From Tubiluchus corallicola (Eukaryota > Animalia > Priapulida), in assembly GCA_030141605.1 (NCBI GenBank), contig JAQGDQ010000087.1:616324-680323 (forward strand): a DNA stretch of 64,000 bases, given 5' to 3'. The first letter of the stretch is position 1; the number at the start of each line of letters is the position of its first letter. The position numbers and the translations under genes were made by a program. Below, piece by piece: positions 21,173-35,172 of this stretch. The notes under the pieces are model-generated. The model had not been told where the DNA came from and ran no database searches. It saw nothing but the letters and a program-made list of their open reading frames with translations.

Positions 21173-21538
21173 TATATAGATTTTGGTAAGACTAAGTTTA
21201 TTGGGGAGAGTTAGGGTAGATCCTTGCTTCTTCAAAAAAATAACTAACTAACTCAGTAACAGCACTACACCCGGGGAGCACCTGTGTCAGAAATCAAGGC
21301 TGTAGTGACCTCTACACGCTTTTATACTGGCATTCCAGGTCAGCTGGCTTCTCACACCACGTGTAGGCCCAAACAAGACATCTGGACCTACAAGAAAGGG
21401 GTGAGTCGCTGCTGACATGGAAGCAGGGCGTGTAGAGGGCCCTACACCTGACCCGACACAGGTGCCTCCGTAACAATATATAGATTTTGGTGAGACTAAG
21501 TTTATTGGGGAGAGTTGGGGTAGATCCTTGCTTCTTCA
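21173..21538. mobile_element. 242-bp GC-rich hairpin insert flanked by 62-bp direct repeats
   Basis: 21173-21234 = 21477-21538 (2 mismatches); the insert 21235-21476 begins A6-(TAAC)3 and contains an imperfect palindrome at 21275-21469. Confidence 0.8.
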
Positions 21539-22488
21539 GTCAAGCAAATGTTGCCTCAGCAAGGGCTTATCCTTTCAACGATCAGCCCGTCACTGTTGTA
21601 AGTCACAAGGTGCATAATGCAGCCAGCTGTGAACTGGAGACCCACAGAATAGGTAATAGATGATAAGCTATGATCTACACTGTGATGAACCCAGCTGTAA
21701 CTGTGTATGCGCCCGTTTGTGAGACGGGAGCGACAGGTTGATCCGATCTCCGAACTCGACCTTTTGGTGTTTAAAACACAAGTTTCAGTCTAGACAATAG
21801 CGCCACTCGACGACATTTAGTTTTGATTGTAAGAAGTTACTAGAGACAGGAGTGATACCGTAGCATCCGATCTCCAAATTTGTTTTTTTTACTAATCTAC
21901 TACTATAGGCGCTAATTGGTTTTAATGCCGCGTGGAATTTTCACTCAACTTTCATTAAACTTAAGTTAATGGGTTATAAGTCTTGCACCGCTTAATAATG
22001 GTTACTTTGCAAACTGATTTGACCTGCCAACTTGACACTAGCATTTTGCCAGCCAGCAAAAAGAAAAAGACATGAATACCCAGAAATTCTCAGAGATTTT
22101 TCTTTTTTATTTTGAAAGTGTTGTTTTATCTCTCCCTTCGGTCAGCCTTTACATTGTATTTTAATCTGTTTAAACTATTGATAGGTCCGGCATGCCTATT
22201 GGTAGAAAAAATGGATGAATTTTGAACCACACATTAGTTTGCATAATTTATAAAATTGAAATTATTAACTTCAGAGTTTAACAACGTGGGATTTCGCTAT
22301 TTTGATGAACAATAAATTTATATAAAATATGACCAAAGCACAGTAAAAAGAGAGTACAGATGTGTGCACTACAGCATGAGTTCCTGTTGTTATGTTCGCG
22401 CTATGCGTTCATAAGTCAATTTTTAGGCCCCTGTCTGGGGCGCAGAAAAAAAGAGGAGGAGACAGTGAACAGATAAAAAGAGCAAAAC

Positions 22489-22492
<4 letters not shown>

Positions 22493-22551
<59 letters not shown>

Positions 22552-22566
22552 GTGAGTGAGTGAGTG
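22493..22566. repeat. (AG)n-(GTGA)n microsatellite
   Basis: Directly visible. Confidence 0.95.
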
Positions 22567-22750
22567 AAAGAGACTTAAAAGAAAAAAGGAGACTGATAGA
22601 GTGAAAGAAGAAAAGAGAAGAACAACATGAACAATTTAAGACATTTTTGTAGCGCTTATTTCAGCAATGATTTCATGACAGTTGTAGCTGTGTTATATAT
22701 ATATTACGTTTGAAATAAATGATAAAATTTCAATCAGCACAAATAAAATC

Positions 22751-23560
22751 GGTTGGCTGGGAAACTTGCATGACGATACAGCCAACATGACAACATCTCG
22801 TCAACATTGTTTGGATAAGTTGAGGGCTCTATTAGACTTTTGTACAGAATCTGATATAGATATCAACACAACAAAACTGAGTTCATGGTAGTTAACGCCA
22901 GTAATCAAGATCGAGAACTGCTCGTTGTCGATGGATTAACTGTAAAGTTGATGAAAAAGCAAGTACAATGGCTGCAAAGCATTTCGAGGTTAAAAAGCAG
23001 CATGTCAACAAGTTTCACGTACTTCCGAACAAAAATAATGAGTTCCATTTCTTGGTGAAAAAGAAGGCCATGGACAATGCTTTAATGGCTGAGCGTCTTT
23101 TACAATGTTGAAACTTGGAACTCCAATTTGAGGTATAGTATAGCGGAGTCAACGTATCTAGAACTGTAGAAGTATCTTCTATCAGTAAGGGGTAACTACA
23201 GCTAATAAGAAGTGAACATTCTTCATTTTAAAGTGTGGCAAACAGCACGTTACATAAATGTGTGATGAAAACTGTGTTCAGAACCCGAAAAACGTGTGCC
23301 GCTAATGAATACATTGAATCTGAACAGAGCTGTTAGCGAATAAATATCGGAAATTCCGTAGCAACAACGCGATTTTTCTGGAAAGGAGTAAGCAGGCGTT
23401 GATTGCACGTATTGAAAGAAGTGATTCTACTAAGCGTATAATGTATAGATTGTTTAACCTAGATTTACAAACCCCTAGGATACCACTTGGAACCCTCGAG
23501 CAGCAACGTATTACTTTTACAAGGCTTCGTCTGTAGTCCCATAACCTTCACTGGAGAGGG
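22751..23560 (+). mobile_element. Degraded LINE reverse transcriptase remnant
   Basis: GWLGNLH-DDTANMTTSRQHCLDKLRALLDFCTESDIDIN..KTEFMVVN (catalytic DD and downstream RT motifs), NKNNEFHFLVKKK...YNVETW, FTRLRL*SHNL; stops and frameshifts. Confidence 0.75.
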
Positions 23561-24190
23561 GTACCAAGGCAACACAGACTATGTGACTATGGAGCAATCC
23601 AAACTTAAATCCACATTATTTGTCAATGTCCAGTAAGAGAGCAAAATAAGAATAATTATCAGAATGCAAACTTTCCAAACTGTGTAGAATTGTTTAAAAA
23701 TGAGCAAGCTTGTGTCATTTGCTTTGAACTTTTGCGTAAACTTGACAGTAACAGATGCCATCCCACCTTTTTGCTTAGTTACATGTTTTTTGCTTTGTAA
23801 ACTAATGTCGCCTTACCCGCAAGCAATATAAATTTAGTAGATTAAAATACGTTATATTCTGATTGTACCCCGTTTACTAATTGCTGCATAAATTTGGGTC
23901 AACAAATGTACTGTGTGAACAACCACCCACCAGGTAGTATTTTTGGCGAAAGACATTACTGGAATTTGACCGAGTAATAAGATTTAATTGTGCCGTCGGA
24001 CATCAAAGCAAAATTATGCGAAGGTCATTAATTTCTATAAGTTCAAGCGACAAGACACGACATAATAAATATATTATGCGCACGTTTAAACTCTTTATGT
24101 GTAGCGTAGCGTATAAGAACGTACCCTGATAATGAAAAAGAGAAAGAGAGGGGGAAGAGGGAGGAACGAGCGAGGGAAGGAGGGGGAGAA

Positions 24191-24333
<143 letters not shown>

Positions 24334-24418
24334 TTAATTAATTAATTAAAATGTAAAATTACATACACATACAATATTTACTCATATGCAATAGGGAGAC
24401 CTATTTGCGGAAAAAAAC

Positions 24419-24776
<358 letters not shown>

Positions 24777-25420
24777 AGGGGGAGAGAGTGAGACAGATGG
24801 GGAGAATTTTAATCGCAGTCGACCCGTGACACCCACCAGCATAGGTCGATATAACTAAACCGAAGAGGTATGTTATAGGACCTTCTAAAACTTCCAAATG
24901 CGCGCTCATCACACACGGTCATACTCTCTCATGTATTTAAGCGTGTCGACAACGTATATAAAATGACAATTTTCATCAATTATTTTTGAAGATGCACTCT
25001 GTCTGTAGCATTCCTTCAGTTTTTTTATTTTCTAAGAAGAAAATGGTGCTTTCCATTTTCAAGTATTTCTTAAGACTTACTTAAAATCTTGTTCATTAAA
25101 TGCATCGCCTTATTAGATTAAAAGCATTAATAAATGGTCCGGTAGACAATTCTGGATTCGCCTCAGACAACAAGAGAAAATTTTCTATTAAAAGCAATAC
25201 TAATCAATAGAGCACAAAATTTGTGCTGCCAAAAAAGGTTTTAGTAGCTGTAAGTCTGTAAGAAGATAAAGTCTGGGATATTATTTCCTGACTTTTGTGA
25301 AAAGCGCCTTTGTCGGTTTCGTTGAGGTTCTTGTAATTATTTCCAAATAATGAAAGTAATGTTTTTTGTAAAAACTTAAGGTCGCAGATTTGAAGTAAAC
25401 CTATTTGCATGTTTTTATAT

Positions 25421-25613
<193 letters not shown>

Positions 25614-26335
25614 CTCTTTCTTACTTTCAAGACCGAAATGCAAAAGATAGTGTTACATTTTTAGTGATTTTTTTTATCAAGTTCCAACCAGATTATGAAT
25701 GTTTCATAGAATAGCTACCTGCTGCAGCCTGAAGGTGGCGCCCGTGCGTGCACCGTCCTGAACATGACCTTACTCAACACGACCTTGGTCAAAAATCAAA
25801 CGTCAAACAGATGCGGTTGACATGCCAAATCAAAAATACCTAGGTTTCTGAATACCGAATACATCTTTTTTAAATAAAATGTTCGTTTAACAAAAAACTG
25901 TTTAAGTTTTGGCTGATTTTGCGCTGGCGCAAAGATCCTTTTGCGTTTCAGTTTCATTTTGCAATTTTGCTCCCTAGTTTTCTAATAATTATTGCTGGCT
26001 GGAGGTAAAAAGATTCGACCCATTCACCTTCACATAAATTCACAAAAATAACAAACATCTCGTAGGCGTTTTCTAGCTGTAATTTATTTGCTTTACGTGT
26101 AATTGGCGAATTGATCGGGCGAGTCTCCAATTTATAAGTTCTCATTAGAACTAATCGCCGTGTTTCTTTCCTACGGAAGCGCAATTACAGGCGATATTTG
26201 TGCAGCAATTAGGTTTATTCTGTTTTTTCTCTAAACCAAAATCTCACCTGTCATCTACCCACACGCAGTGGAGACATCTAGTAGGCAAAGTTTAACAATT
26301 TAGTAATCTTCGACACCGAGTAGATTCCCTAAAGT

Positions 26336-26506
<171 letters not shown>

Positions 26507-27129
26507 AGCCTGCTCATCGAGGTGATTGTGGCTAGAGTCTCGTTCATTATCAAGACATCTAATTTCTCAATGGACAGAATGAGCTAGTGGATCAGGAGCA
26601 GTGTCTCAACCACATTTAGATCTAGATCTCTATGACCTAAACTGCCAAGATTAATGAACGCTGGCACCTATCAAACCTACGACGGGTACATATCATATAC
26701 AAAGTGATCTCACTTATCGTGGCCCATTACCAGCGGTCATGCATAGATATCTTCGCATATGCAAATTTTTGTATCTGTAAAATCTTACACAATTTAGAAA
26801 TCTGCTTAATGGGAAGAAAGGTCAACCTTAAAATAAACCCAAAAAACTTTCCACAGAAAGTTATAATACTTATGCTTATCTATTTGAAAGACTTGTGTAA
26901 CTAAAAAAAAACCTTAGTAATTTAAAATGTTCGCGCCAACTGGTAAAACGTCACTGTATCACTCTGCCAGTTTGAATCACTGATCCACGAAAAACGTGTT
27001 TTTAACCTTACTGGCAAGATACAGTAATTTATGTTTTTGCTTAGTTGGTGAAGAGTGCGCTGCAAAAGCTCTGATTATTTATTAAAACTTTGCTCAATTT
27101 TATCTAAACTTGTTACAAACAATCTGCTG

Positions 27130-27990
27130 TCAAAATGGCAAAAGGCGCGTTTTGACTAGCGTTTTTATCGGCAAAATCGCCGCGAAAACGCTCGTCAAAA
27201 CGTCTAACGCTACACGCGAGAAAAAAGCTATTGCAAAAAACACTAGTGAGAAAACGCTGTTACGCTGGAGCGATAAAAACACGCGTGAAAACGTTCATCG
27301 TAGAAATAACTGATATCGCTCTGATATGAAGGCCACAAAAACGCTCGTGAAAATGGCTGTCGCGGAGTTTTTGCTGCAGGTTGCGTAATGCACATGTCAT
27401 TGAACAATGTCGTTGTACATATAGTTTTGGTTTAACACTAGGTGGAACAATTGGCAAATGATTATGTCATTGAACTCAATCAGTCTTGCTATTCTGGGTT
27501 CAGTCTTGGTAAGTAACTGCCCAAAAAGGTGCATTCTAAACATTTTACCAATCTCCGAGGTATCGTCTGTCCGTAATTCTTTCACTATCTTCCCAAGAAA
27601 CCACTAAGATTACGCCTTGCGATCAAGTTATGAGCTGGTTGTCGTCTCATTTCACTCAGAATTAGAAGACCAACTGAACAAAACACTTCGTGAAAATAGA
27701 GGCCATGTTTTCCAGAGAAGAGGTTAATTCCTATAATAATAGTAATAATAATTTCGTTTAGGGAACAGTTTTAGTGATAGCACCATGTTCGATAAACCCG
27801 CGTGCTTGGTTGAAGTACCAGCAGTACAATTTCTTAAGTCTATCACGTCTACTTTCATTGAGTGTTGAAAACTGAGCGAGAAAGCTGCTGGTGAAAACAA
27901 TGGAGCATTCTAAAGAGCGATATTCATTTTCACTGAGCGTTAAAAACACTGCGATAAGCGCCGCGCGAAAAACGCAGGTGAAAACGGGCC
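27130..27990. repeat. Degenerate GAAAACGC-motif arrays (probable old DNA element)
   Basis: Clusters of AAAACGC/AAAACAC/GTGAAAA motifs at ~27180-27350 and ~27865-27985. Confidence 0.4.
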
Positions 27991-28767
27991 TTAACGACCA
28001 TCATGGGAGTTTAGATTATAAGTCGTATGCAGCTTTGCGGCTAATACAAGCTCTGTATGCAATAAGATACGCTAATAAGAAACACAATAATAATGATAAT
28101 AATAAAATAATAAATTGTTATTGTATATGTTCATTTGTAAACTGAGCCTGTTACAGTTACATTTTTATAGTCTCAGACACAATATGGCCAGAAAATCGTT
28201 TGGCCTTAGTAAAATGTCTATAGTGATTGTAATTGGTGCGTGATGATATGATTTCATTTTAAAAAAATGACATAGGTAAATCACATTTTTAACAAATGTA
28301 GAACATAACGCGAAGAATTGCATCAATACTGAGAGAAAGCTGGTAACTTTTAATGCAGACTTCTTATTGACCCCCCTATTCAAACGCCTATTCAGACTCA
28401 CTAATGGTGAGGTGTATGTATCCATTTAGACAGGTAGACACTATCCGTGCATATAGAATTAAGTGAGTTAAAGTGTTCACGTCATTTCGTGCAAGAATGA
28501 ATAGGTCGACGAATGTGATAGAATAATTTAATCATGTGATGAGAATGTATGATACTGTCTCAGTTAATGTTGATATTGACGTAAACGAAAATCTATGGTA
28601 GGCAGGTTATAATAAAGAACAGTAAAAGTTGTAATGCGAAAAACAGGCACACAGATTTCGCTATATAATAAATGCACTTGCTTAACATCGAATCAATATT
28701 AAAATACTTTGTTATAAGTAGTAAACAATTCCCCTTTAATTAGTATGGCTACTCACCAAACTAAGTA

Positions 28768-28804
28768 GAGAGTGAGAGAGAGAGAGAGAGAAAGAGAGAG
28801 AAAG

Positions 28805-28845
<41 letters not shown>
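28768..28845. repeat. (GA)n microsatellite abutting a LINE remnant
   Basis: Directly visible. Confidence 0.95.
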
Positions 28846-28846
<1 letters not shown>

Positions 28847-29330
28847 GACATTCCCAAATTAAAAATTGGTGAAGCTGAAATGAAATATGTTGAGCACAGC
28901 ACAGTGCTGGGAGTTGTTATTGATAAAAATTAGATTTTAAGCGTCATATTAATAAAGTCAGAAAATGTGCCTGGTGTACGTGGCATAACATACGGACTGT
29001 TTTTTGGAGACATAAGGATGGCCTCTATGGTGCAACTCTATAGAACTTTCGTGTTACCAATTATTCTGTATGGATCGGTAGTTTGGATGTTTAAGAAACA
29101 TTTATTCTTGGACTATTTACAATATGATGTTGTCATAACTGCAGTAGGGGCTGCTTTCACACCCTGTAGGGAACTATTAGAAGTTCTGTGCGGCATACCC
29201 CCTTTGGAAGTTGAAAATATGGCTACAAGTGCCAGATTTTTGATTAAAGCACTCTCTAGCGATGATGCCGATCTGGTTAAGTCTGAAATTGTGAAAAACA
29301 CATTGGCAAATTATCATCGTTCTCACAATT
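28846..29330 (+). mobile_element. LINE ORF2 remnant (RT thumb/connection region, I/R1/Jockey-group-like)
   Basis: LKIGEAEMKYVEHSTVLGVVIDK-LDFKRHINKV, then MVQLYRTFVLPIILYGSVVW...AVGAAFTPCRELLEVLCGIPPLE; frameshifted and 5'-truncated. Confidence 0.8.
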
Positions 29331-30519
29331 ATTTTAATGCTTCAAGCGTGTTAGTGTGCTCTCTTTGTGTACTTTATGTATATATGTACCAGTGTTTATC
29401 TAGTTAGTACGTCAAAATATTCTCCCCTGCAAATAGAGGGGTCATTTCTATTTGTAATTATTCCGTATATACATATCGTATCTGTACTTACATTTTATTT
29501 TATAAATAAAAGATTTTGAATAAATAAATGAATGAATAAATTTTGAATAAGCATACCAGATGATAAGGTAATCAAAATCAGTGAAATCAATGAAAAATTA
29601 GATATGCCCAGTAAAAAAATTCTTTTGATTCATGTTGTCATTTCAACCTCTACCTGAAGCCGTCTTCAGTTAAAAGCAGCACAACAAAATGAATGTCAGA
29701 AACATTCAACTCAGAAACCACTGTATTTTCGAAGAAGAGCAATTCATGTTTACATCATTATAGGGCCTACCGTACGGTTGCGTGTGCCAAAAATCAAATC
29801 CATTTCATATTTATTTTGCTGCTGACCAGTGACACAAAGAAAAAACTGTTGACTTATCCAAACTCTCAGGCTTACGTATTATTTCATGCCGTAGTCTAAC
29901 ACCAAATGATTATCAACAAAATAAATTGACAGATTTTAAATTCACTAAAGTTTCCTTAGATTTATAACGTATTTGTAACAATGACTTTGTTGCAAACGAA
30001 CCTCATTTCTGTATCTCAATTACCCGCACATAAGACTGGTGTGGCTATTCCAAATGATAATGAGCAAACAGCGGGAGAACTTTATTGCTACTTTCTAGTG
30101 TAAGCATCAGGACGTGTCTAGGTGATTTAACGCCAGTATGAAAATGCCCTTGTTAGGCGATTGATGTGATAAGAATGAATAGAATTGCCAATTAAGTACA
30201 TCTGACTGTAGGTAGAGTAAATAATATTATGTGTCCAGAAAAGGAAATAAAGGGAAACCTGGCATAGTGAATGACTTTCGCTTGACATTTTCACTGTTAT
30301 TTGTTCTTTTCTCCATTCCCTTTCTGTTTTTTCCATTCTTTACAACATTTTCTTTCAGCACACATTGAATCATTTTATTGATAGCAATTATTTTTTGGCA
30401 TGTCATTTTGTAATTATTATTTCGTGTAATTGAATGTACATTACTTTTTGTGAGAAATCTAATCTAATCTAAATCTTTATAGTTCCGTTCCGTTCGCTTT
30501 TGTCGGTTATGTTTTCACT

Positions 30520-30520
<1 letters not shown>

Positions 30521-30597
<77 letters not shown>
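30521..30597. repeat. (CT)n microsatellite
   Basis: Directly visible. Confidence 0.97.
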
Positions 30598-30599
<2 letters not shown>

Positions 30600-32423
30600 A
30601 TTCTTCTTTTCCTTTCATTCGTCTCTGTCATTTGCATTTTTTTTATCAAAGCTTAATGATTTTTTCCAGGTTTGAATTTACTAAAATGAAAGACATACTA
30701 ATTTATTGTTGTTTTTACAATTATTCTTAAATCCTAAGTCATTTATTTGCTATTCTTAAATTGATTTTTTAGTATATATACACAAATATATCAGATATAC
30801 AGCATCTTTATTTTGCAATACAATGACACACCATTGACTTTCGATGTAGTCGTATGAGGCATATATATACATTACAACTATAGCAAATTGCGGCTTCTTC
30901 TTACTAATTTCCATTTATCATTAAGATGGTAGCATCTTTAAATTACCTGCATATTACTTTATACAATAGTCTGTATAATGTCGTTGCGCATTTTTTTATT
31001 AATAATGTTCACGTATTCTTATTTATCAAATGTAAACACATTAACGGACTTCGAAAATACGGACTATCACCAAAATTCTTATTGCTGATACAAAGTCTAA
31101 TAATAGTCGAGACAAAAGCTGATGTTACTTTCGCTCTGTTTATCGTCTATATACTATCCATCGTGTTACACCAAATTGTATAATAACTATATATATCTGC
31201 TCAAACTGCACTTAGTGTATGAATAAAAGTTTCAAAACTTTTAAGTTAAAACACGTTCGTGTGAACAGATTGTCATGCAACCATGCACATTATTCAACTG
31301 ATACAGGTAACACCCAGTATTTTAGTTTGACCATTCTTAAGTTCATTTCTAATAATATAGCTTTTTGTCCCTATACAAAGAATACATCGTTTGGCACAGC
31401 GCACTAACAATTTTCAAGTATTTGACATTACAAAAATGTACGCCTTTATACGTACGTTAATGTGTTGATTTATATTTGTTTTGTTTAATTTCTCTAACAG
31501 TCTGTACACTATATAAATTTGCTAACCTACAGTTTACTGGATACTGACTGAACAGTCATACGTTATTGCTCATTTACCTATAACAAGATTTCGTTGCTTT
31601 ATAGCTTACAAAATGAAGACCTACGTGAACTTTGGGAATCCCTTTACCAACGTGTACATCAGTGCACATCGGAAACTTTTCCTTTCATTATTATTTACCC
31701 TAGTGGCTAATCCATAAAACATGCCAATATTTTCTTATGCGCATAGCTGCTATTTTCTAATATGAGAACACTATGCAGATGCATCATACTGGAGGCATTA
31801 ATTTTATCTGAAGAGGCTATAACTAGTAAATGTCTGTTACTATTTTTCAGTTTTGTTTTCTTGTTTTTTTCTGACCTTTGAAAAAACGTCATTTTGCACT
31901 TTTTATTTGAAGTGCAAAATGGTTTTTTGCACTTCCGAAACCGCTATTGTCACTTTCTTGCCCTTTGTCAGCAAAGAGCATTTATTGTTTGATCCGTCAT
32001 TTCTGTTAGTTTGATCAGATCAATGTGAAAAGTGCCAAAGCTTAGATAAAAATCCATGTTTTAGATACGTAGCTTTAATGTACATCTGAATCTCTGAAAG
32101 CTTGTGCCACTAGTGTTACTGGATTGATATTATTGATACAATATTCTCAAATTTGGAAAACTTTTTGGAATTCTCAAAGTTTTAAAAGAGTATCGAAACA
32201 AAACGTTTCAGACATCTCTCACTTCCGTTTTGTGCTTCTTTTGCGCTTCTATTTGGTGCTTCTTTCTTCTCCAGTTTTAGCTAAAAAAGGCAAAATTTCC
32301 AAAGCATTAAATTACAATTTTATTGCACCTGTCTATGTCTCTGTCCAGCCACAACGCGTCTTGAAAACAACAAACAAAAAACAGATAAGCACAAAAGGAT
32401 GTCCTGATATCATTCAAACAAGC

Positions 32424-32541
32424 TCATACTGCCGCCTCCGATGTCAAACGTTTAAGGGTCAAGGTCAAGCTGATGTCATTATGATGATGACTGTTTGTAC
32501 AGCAGCTCAGTTCATTTATCAGTCCATAAACAACAACACAT
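32424..32541 (-). CDS. Possible terminal exon of the minus-strand RKxS-repeat gene
   Basis: After a T-rich tract and a weak GAG acceptor, the phase-2 frame reads (G)CVVVYGLINELSCCTNSHHHNDISLTLTLKRLTSEAAV*, compatible with a CGG|GTAGGT donor at 34671/34670; AATAAA on the minus strand near 32320. Confidence 0.35.
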
Positions 32542-33189
32542 CTCAAAATTGAAATAAATGTAGTAAAATGTTACTTATGGAATACACATTGATGATAAAT
32601 ATAACAATACAGTGACATTTTTTTTAAAGTTTTTTCCACATATATATTTTTGTTTTAAATAAAATTTCAGAAAAATTAAAAAATTCGTAAAGACATCTAA
32701 GTAATATTTTTCTGAAACATCCTGGTCACTAAAAATTACTTTAATGCAATTCACTCGATGTTTGAAAACCTGCGCGTTGAAAGTGCCATGGGAATCAACG
32801 ATAGAAAGTTTTTAATAAATGCTGACAGTCGTATAAGTGTAACATTTTGATCAATGGCGTTCAAACCTTTGAGACTACCGCAATGAAAACTTTCTGTGTA
32901 AAGCTGTGTCTAGGTATGAATTAGTCTTCATCTAGTCCTCATTTTGTTGAATTTGATTAGGTGATTTACCAACTTGCTTAATTTGAATAAAAGATAAATG
33001 AAGATTTAACTGACAGTAAAATATAATATTTTACATATCAATACCTACATAAATAGTAACAATTCTTTTAAAGTTAAATGACACGTATGTAAACCAAAGT
33101 AGGCAAGCGATCACTCACTTACCTACTGGTTAACTGGGTAAGTATAATAAAGGTAGGTAAGCAGGTTAATTAAATGTTTGTGAACAAAG

Positions 33190-34190
33190 ATAGGCAAGTA
33201 GGTAGGCAGGTAGTAACTAGGTAGATAAGTAATAGCTAGGTAGGTAGGTAGGTAAGTAGGTAGGTAGGTAGGTAAGTAGGTAGGTAGGTAGTAGGTAGGT
33301 AGATAGGTAAGTAGGTAGGTAGGCAGGTAGGTAAGTAGGTAGGTAGGTACGTAGGTAGGTAGGTAGCTCGGTAAGCAGGTAGGTAGGTATGTAGGAAATT
33401 AGGTGGTAGGTAGATAGGTAGGTAGGTAGGTAGGTAGGCAGGTAGGTAGATAGGTAGGTAGGTAGGTAGGTAGGTAAGTAGGTAAGTAGGTAGGTAGGTA
33501 TGTAGGTATGTATGTAGGTAGGTAGGTATGTATGTATGTATGTAGGTAGGTAGGTAGGTAGGTAGATAGGTAGGTAGGTAGGTAAGTAGGTAGGTAGGTA
33601 GGTAGGTATGTATGTATGTATGTATGTATGTATGCATGTATGTATGTATGTATGTACGTACGTACGTACGTACGTACGTATGTATGTATGTATGTATGTA
33701 TGTATGTATGTATGTATGTATGTATGCATGCATGCATGCATCTATGTAGGTAGGTAGGTAGGTAGGTAGGTTAGTAGGTAGGTAGGTAGGTAGGTAGGTA
33801 GCTAGGTAGATAGGTAGGTGGTGGGTAGGTAGGTAGGTAGGTAGGTAGCTAGCTAGGCAATTAGGTAGTAGGTAGATAGGTAGGTAGGTAGCTAGGTAGG
33901 CAGGTAGGTAGATAGGTAGGTAAGTAGGTAGGTAGATAGGTAGGTAGGCAGGCAGGTAAAAGGATAGATAGGTAGGTAGGTAAGTAGATAGTTAGACTGG
34001 TAGGTAGACAGGTAGGTATGTAGGTAGGTAGGTAGGTATGTAGGTATGTATGTATGTATGTATGTATGTATGTATGTATGTATGTATGTATGTATGTATG
34101 TATGTATGTATGTAGGTAGGTAGGTAGGTAGGTAGGTAGGTAGGTAGGTAGGTAGGTAGGTAGGTAGGTAGGTAGGTAGGTAAAAGGACA
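33190..34190. repeat. ~1-kb compound (TAGG)n/(TATG)n/(TACG)n/(CATG)n satellite
   Basis: Directly visible. Confidence 0.97.
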
Positions 34191-34666
34191 GATAGGTAGG
34201 TAGATAAGTAGATAGTTAGACTGATAGGTAAGCAGCAGGCAAGCAAGTGAGCTAAGCTCGCAGACTTCAAACAGACACATGGCTAGCCAAACACGGAGAG
34301 ACAGTAGTTAAGTAGTTTGGTAATGGGTAGTTAATTAGGCACGCAACAGATAGTTACAGGATGCCGGATGGGTAAAGAGTGTAAAATCAAATACAAAAAC
34401 GCGTTTGTTTGCTTTTTCATTTATCTTAATGTGGCAACGAATGGTACTTTATCGTTGAGGTAGTTTTAATAAATAGTTACACAGTTGTTTCATTTTGCTC
34501 GCTGCATTTAGAGTCAAACATGAGAAATGACTTTGTTTTATGGCATTTTCTAGAAGCGGGCGCCGCAAACTGCAGGAGCAGATTAACTTACGATATAAAT
34601 CATTATCCAGACAAAGTCAGAGGATGATGTACCACATCGAAACAATAAAAATCTGGCTCACACTAC

Positions 34667-34765
34667 CTACCCGGAGAAATTAAATAGAGATACGACTGGA
34701 GATTCTATCATTTTCCAGCATCGAGTGCATCCGCCTCTGAGAGTTGCACCTAACCGCCTGAACCT
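34667..34765 (-). CDS. Downstream exon of the minus-strand RKxS-repeat gene
   Basis: Strong acceptor TTTTTTCTCTTTATTTCAG| at 34766; GC-rich; phase 0 reads RFRRLGATLRGGCTRCWKMIESPVVSLFNFSG* (TAG 34667-34669, or donor at 34670); phase 1 reads EVQAVRCNSQRRMHSMLENDRISSRISI* (TAA 34680-34682). Confidence 0.6.
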   Translation of the reverse strand, partial: RFRRLGATLRGGCTRCWKMIESPVVSLFNFSG

Positions 34766-35112
34766 CTGAAATAAAGAGAAAAAAGTTGAGTAATTAATGA
34801 CGGAAAAATTAACAGCGTCTTAATGAAGCTTCGCAAAGAAAATAATTTAATGGCTTTTCCGTTCAACCGAGCTGTCTAATTAGGCAAACTAATTAAGCAT
34901 GAATCAAAATCGTCCAAATTTAGAATGCCTGGTTTTGATGGCAGATGAGAATGGCGTCATAATTTTTGTGCTATATTAATTTTCCGTTCTGTGTGATTCC
35001 AAATTAAGACTGGCGCTGAAAACAACGATATTTTTGAAGCTACGGATAAATTCTTGGTAAATTTTTGGGATTTCTTTTACATATTTGAAACGAAAATTTA
35101 TTATGGTGCGTA

Positions 35113-35172
35113 CTTGGCTACGATAGTTAAGCAGCATCGAGCAAAGTTAATAAATGGACAGTCGCTAGGAAA
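35113..35172 (+). mobile_element. 5S-derived SINE fragment
   Basis: CTTGGCTACGATAGTTAAGCAGCATCGAGC...TAAATGGA; shares its upstream motif and 5S A-box region with 37884-37922. Confidence 0.5.

Noticed and set aside
33217-34280. TYLP/TYIH repeat ORFs
   Set aside because: They arise from (CCTA)n/(CATA)n and are open in several frames at once.
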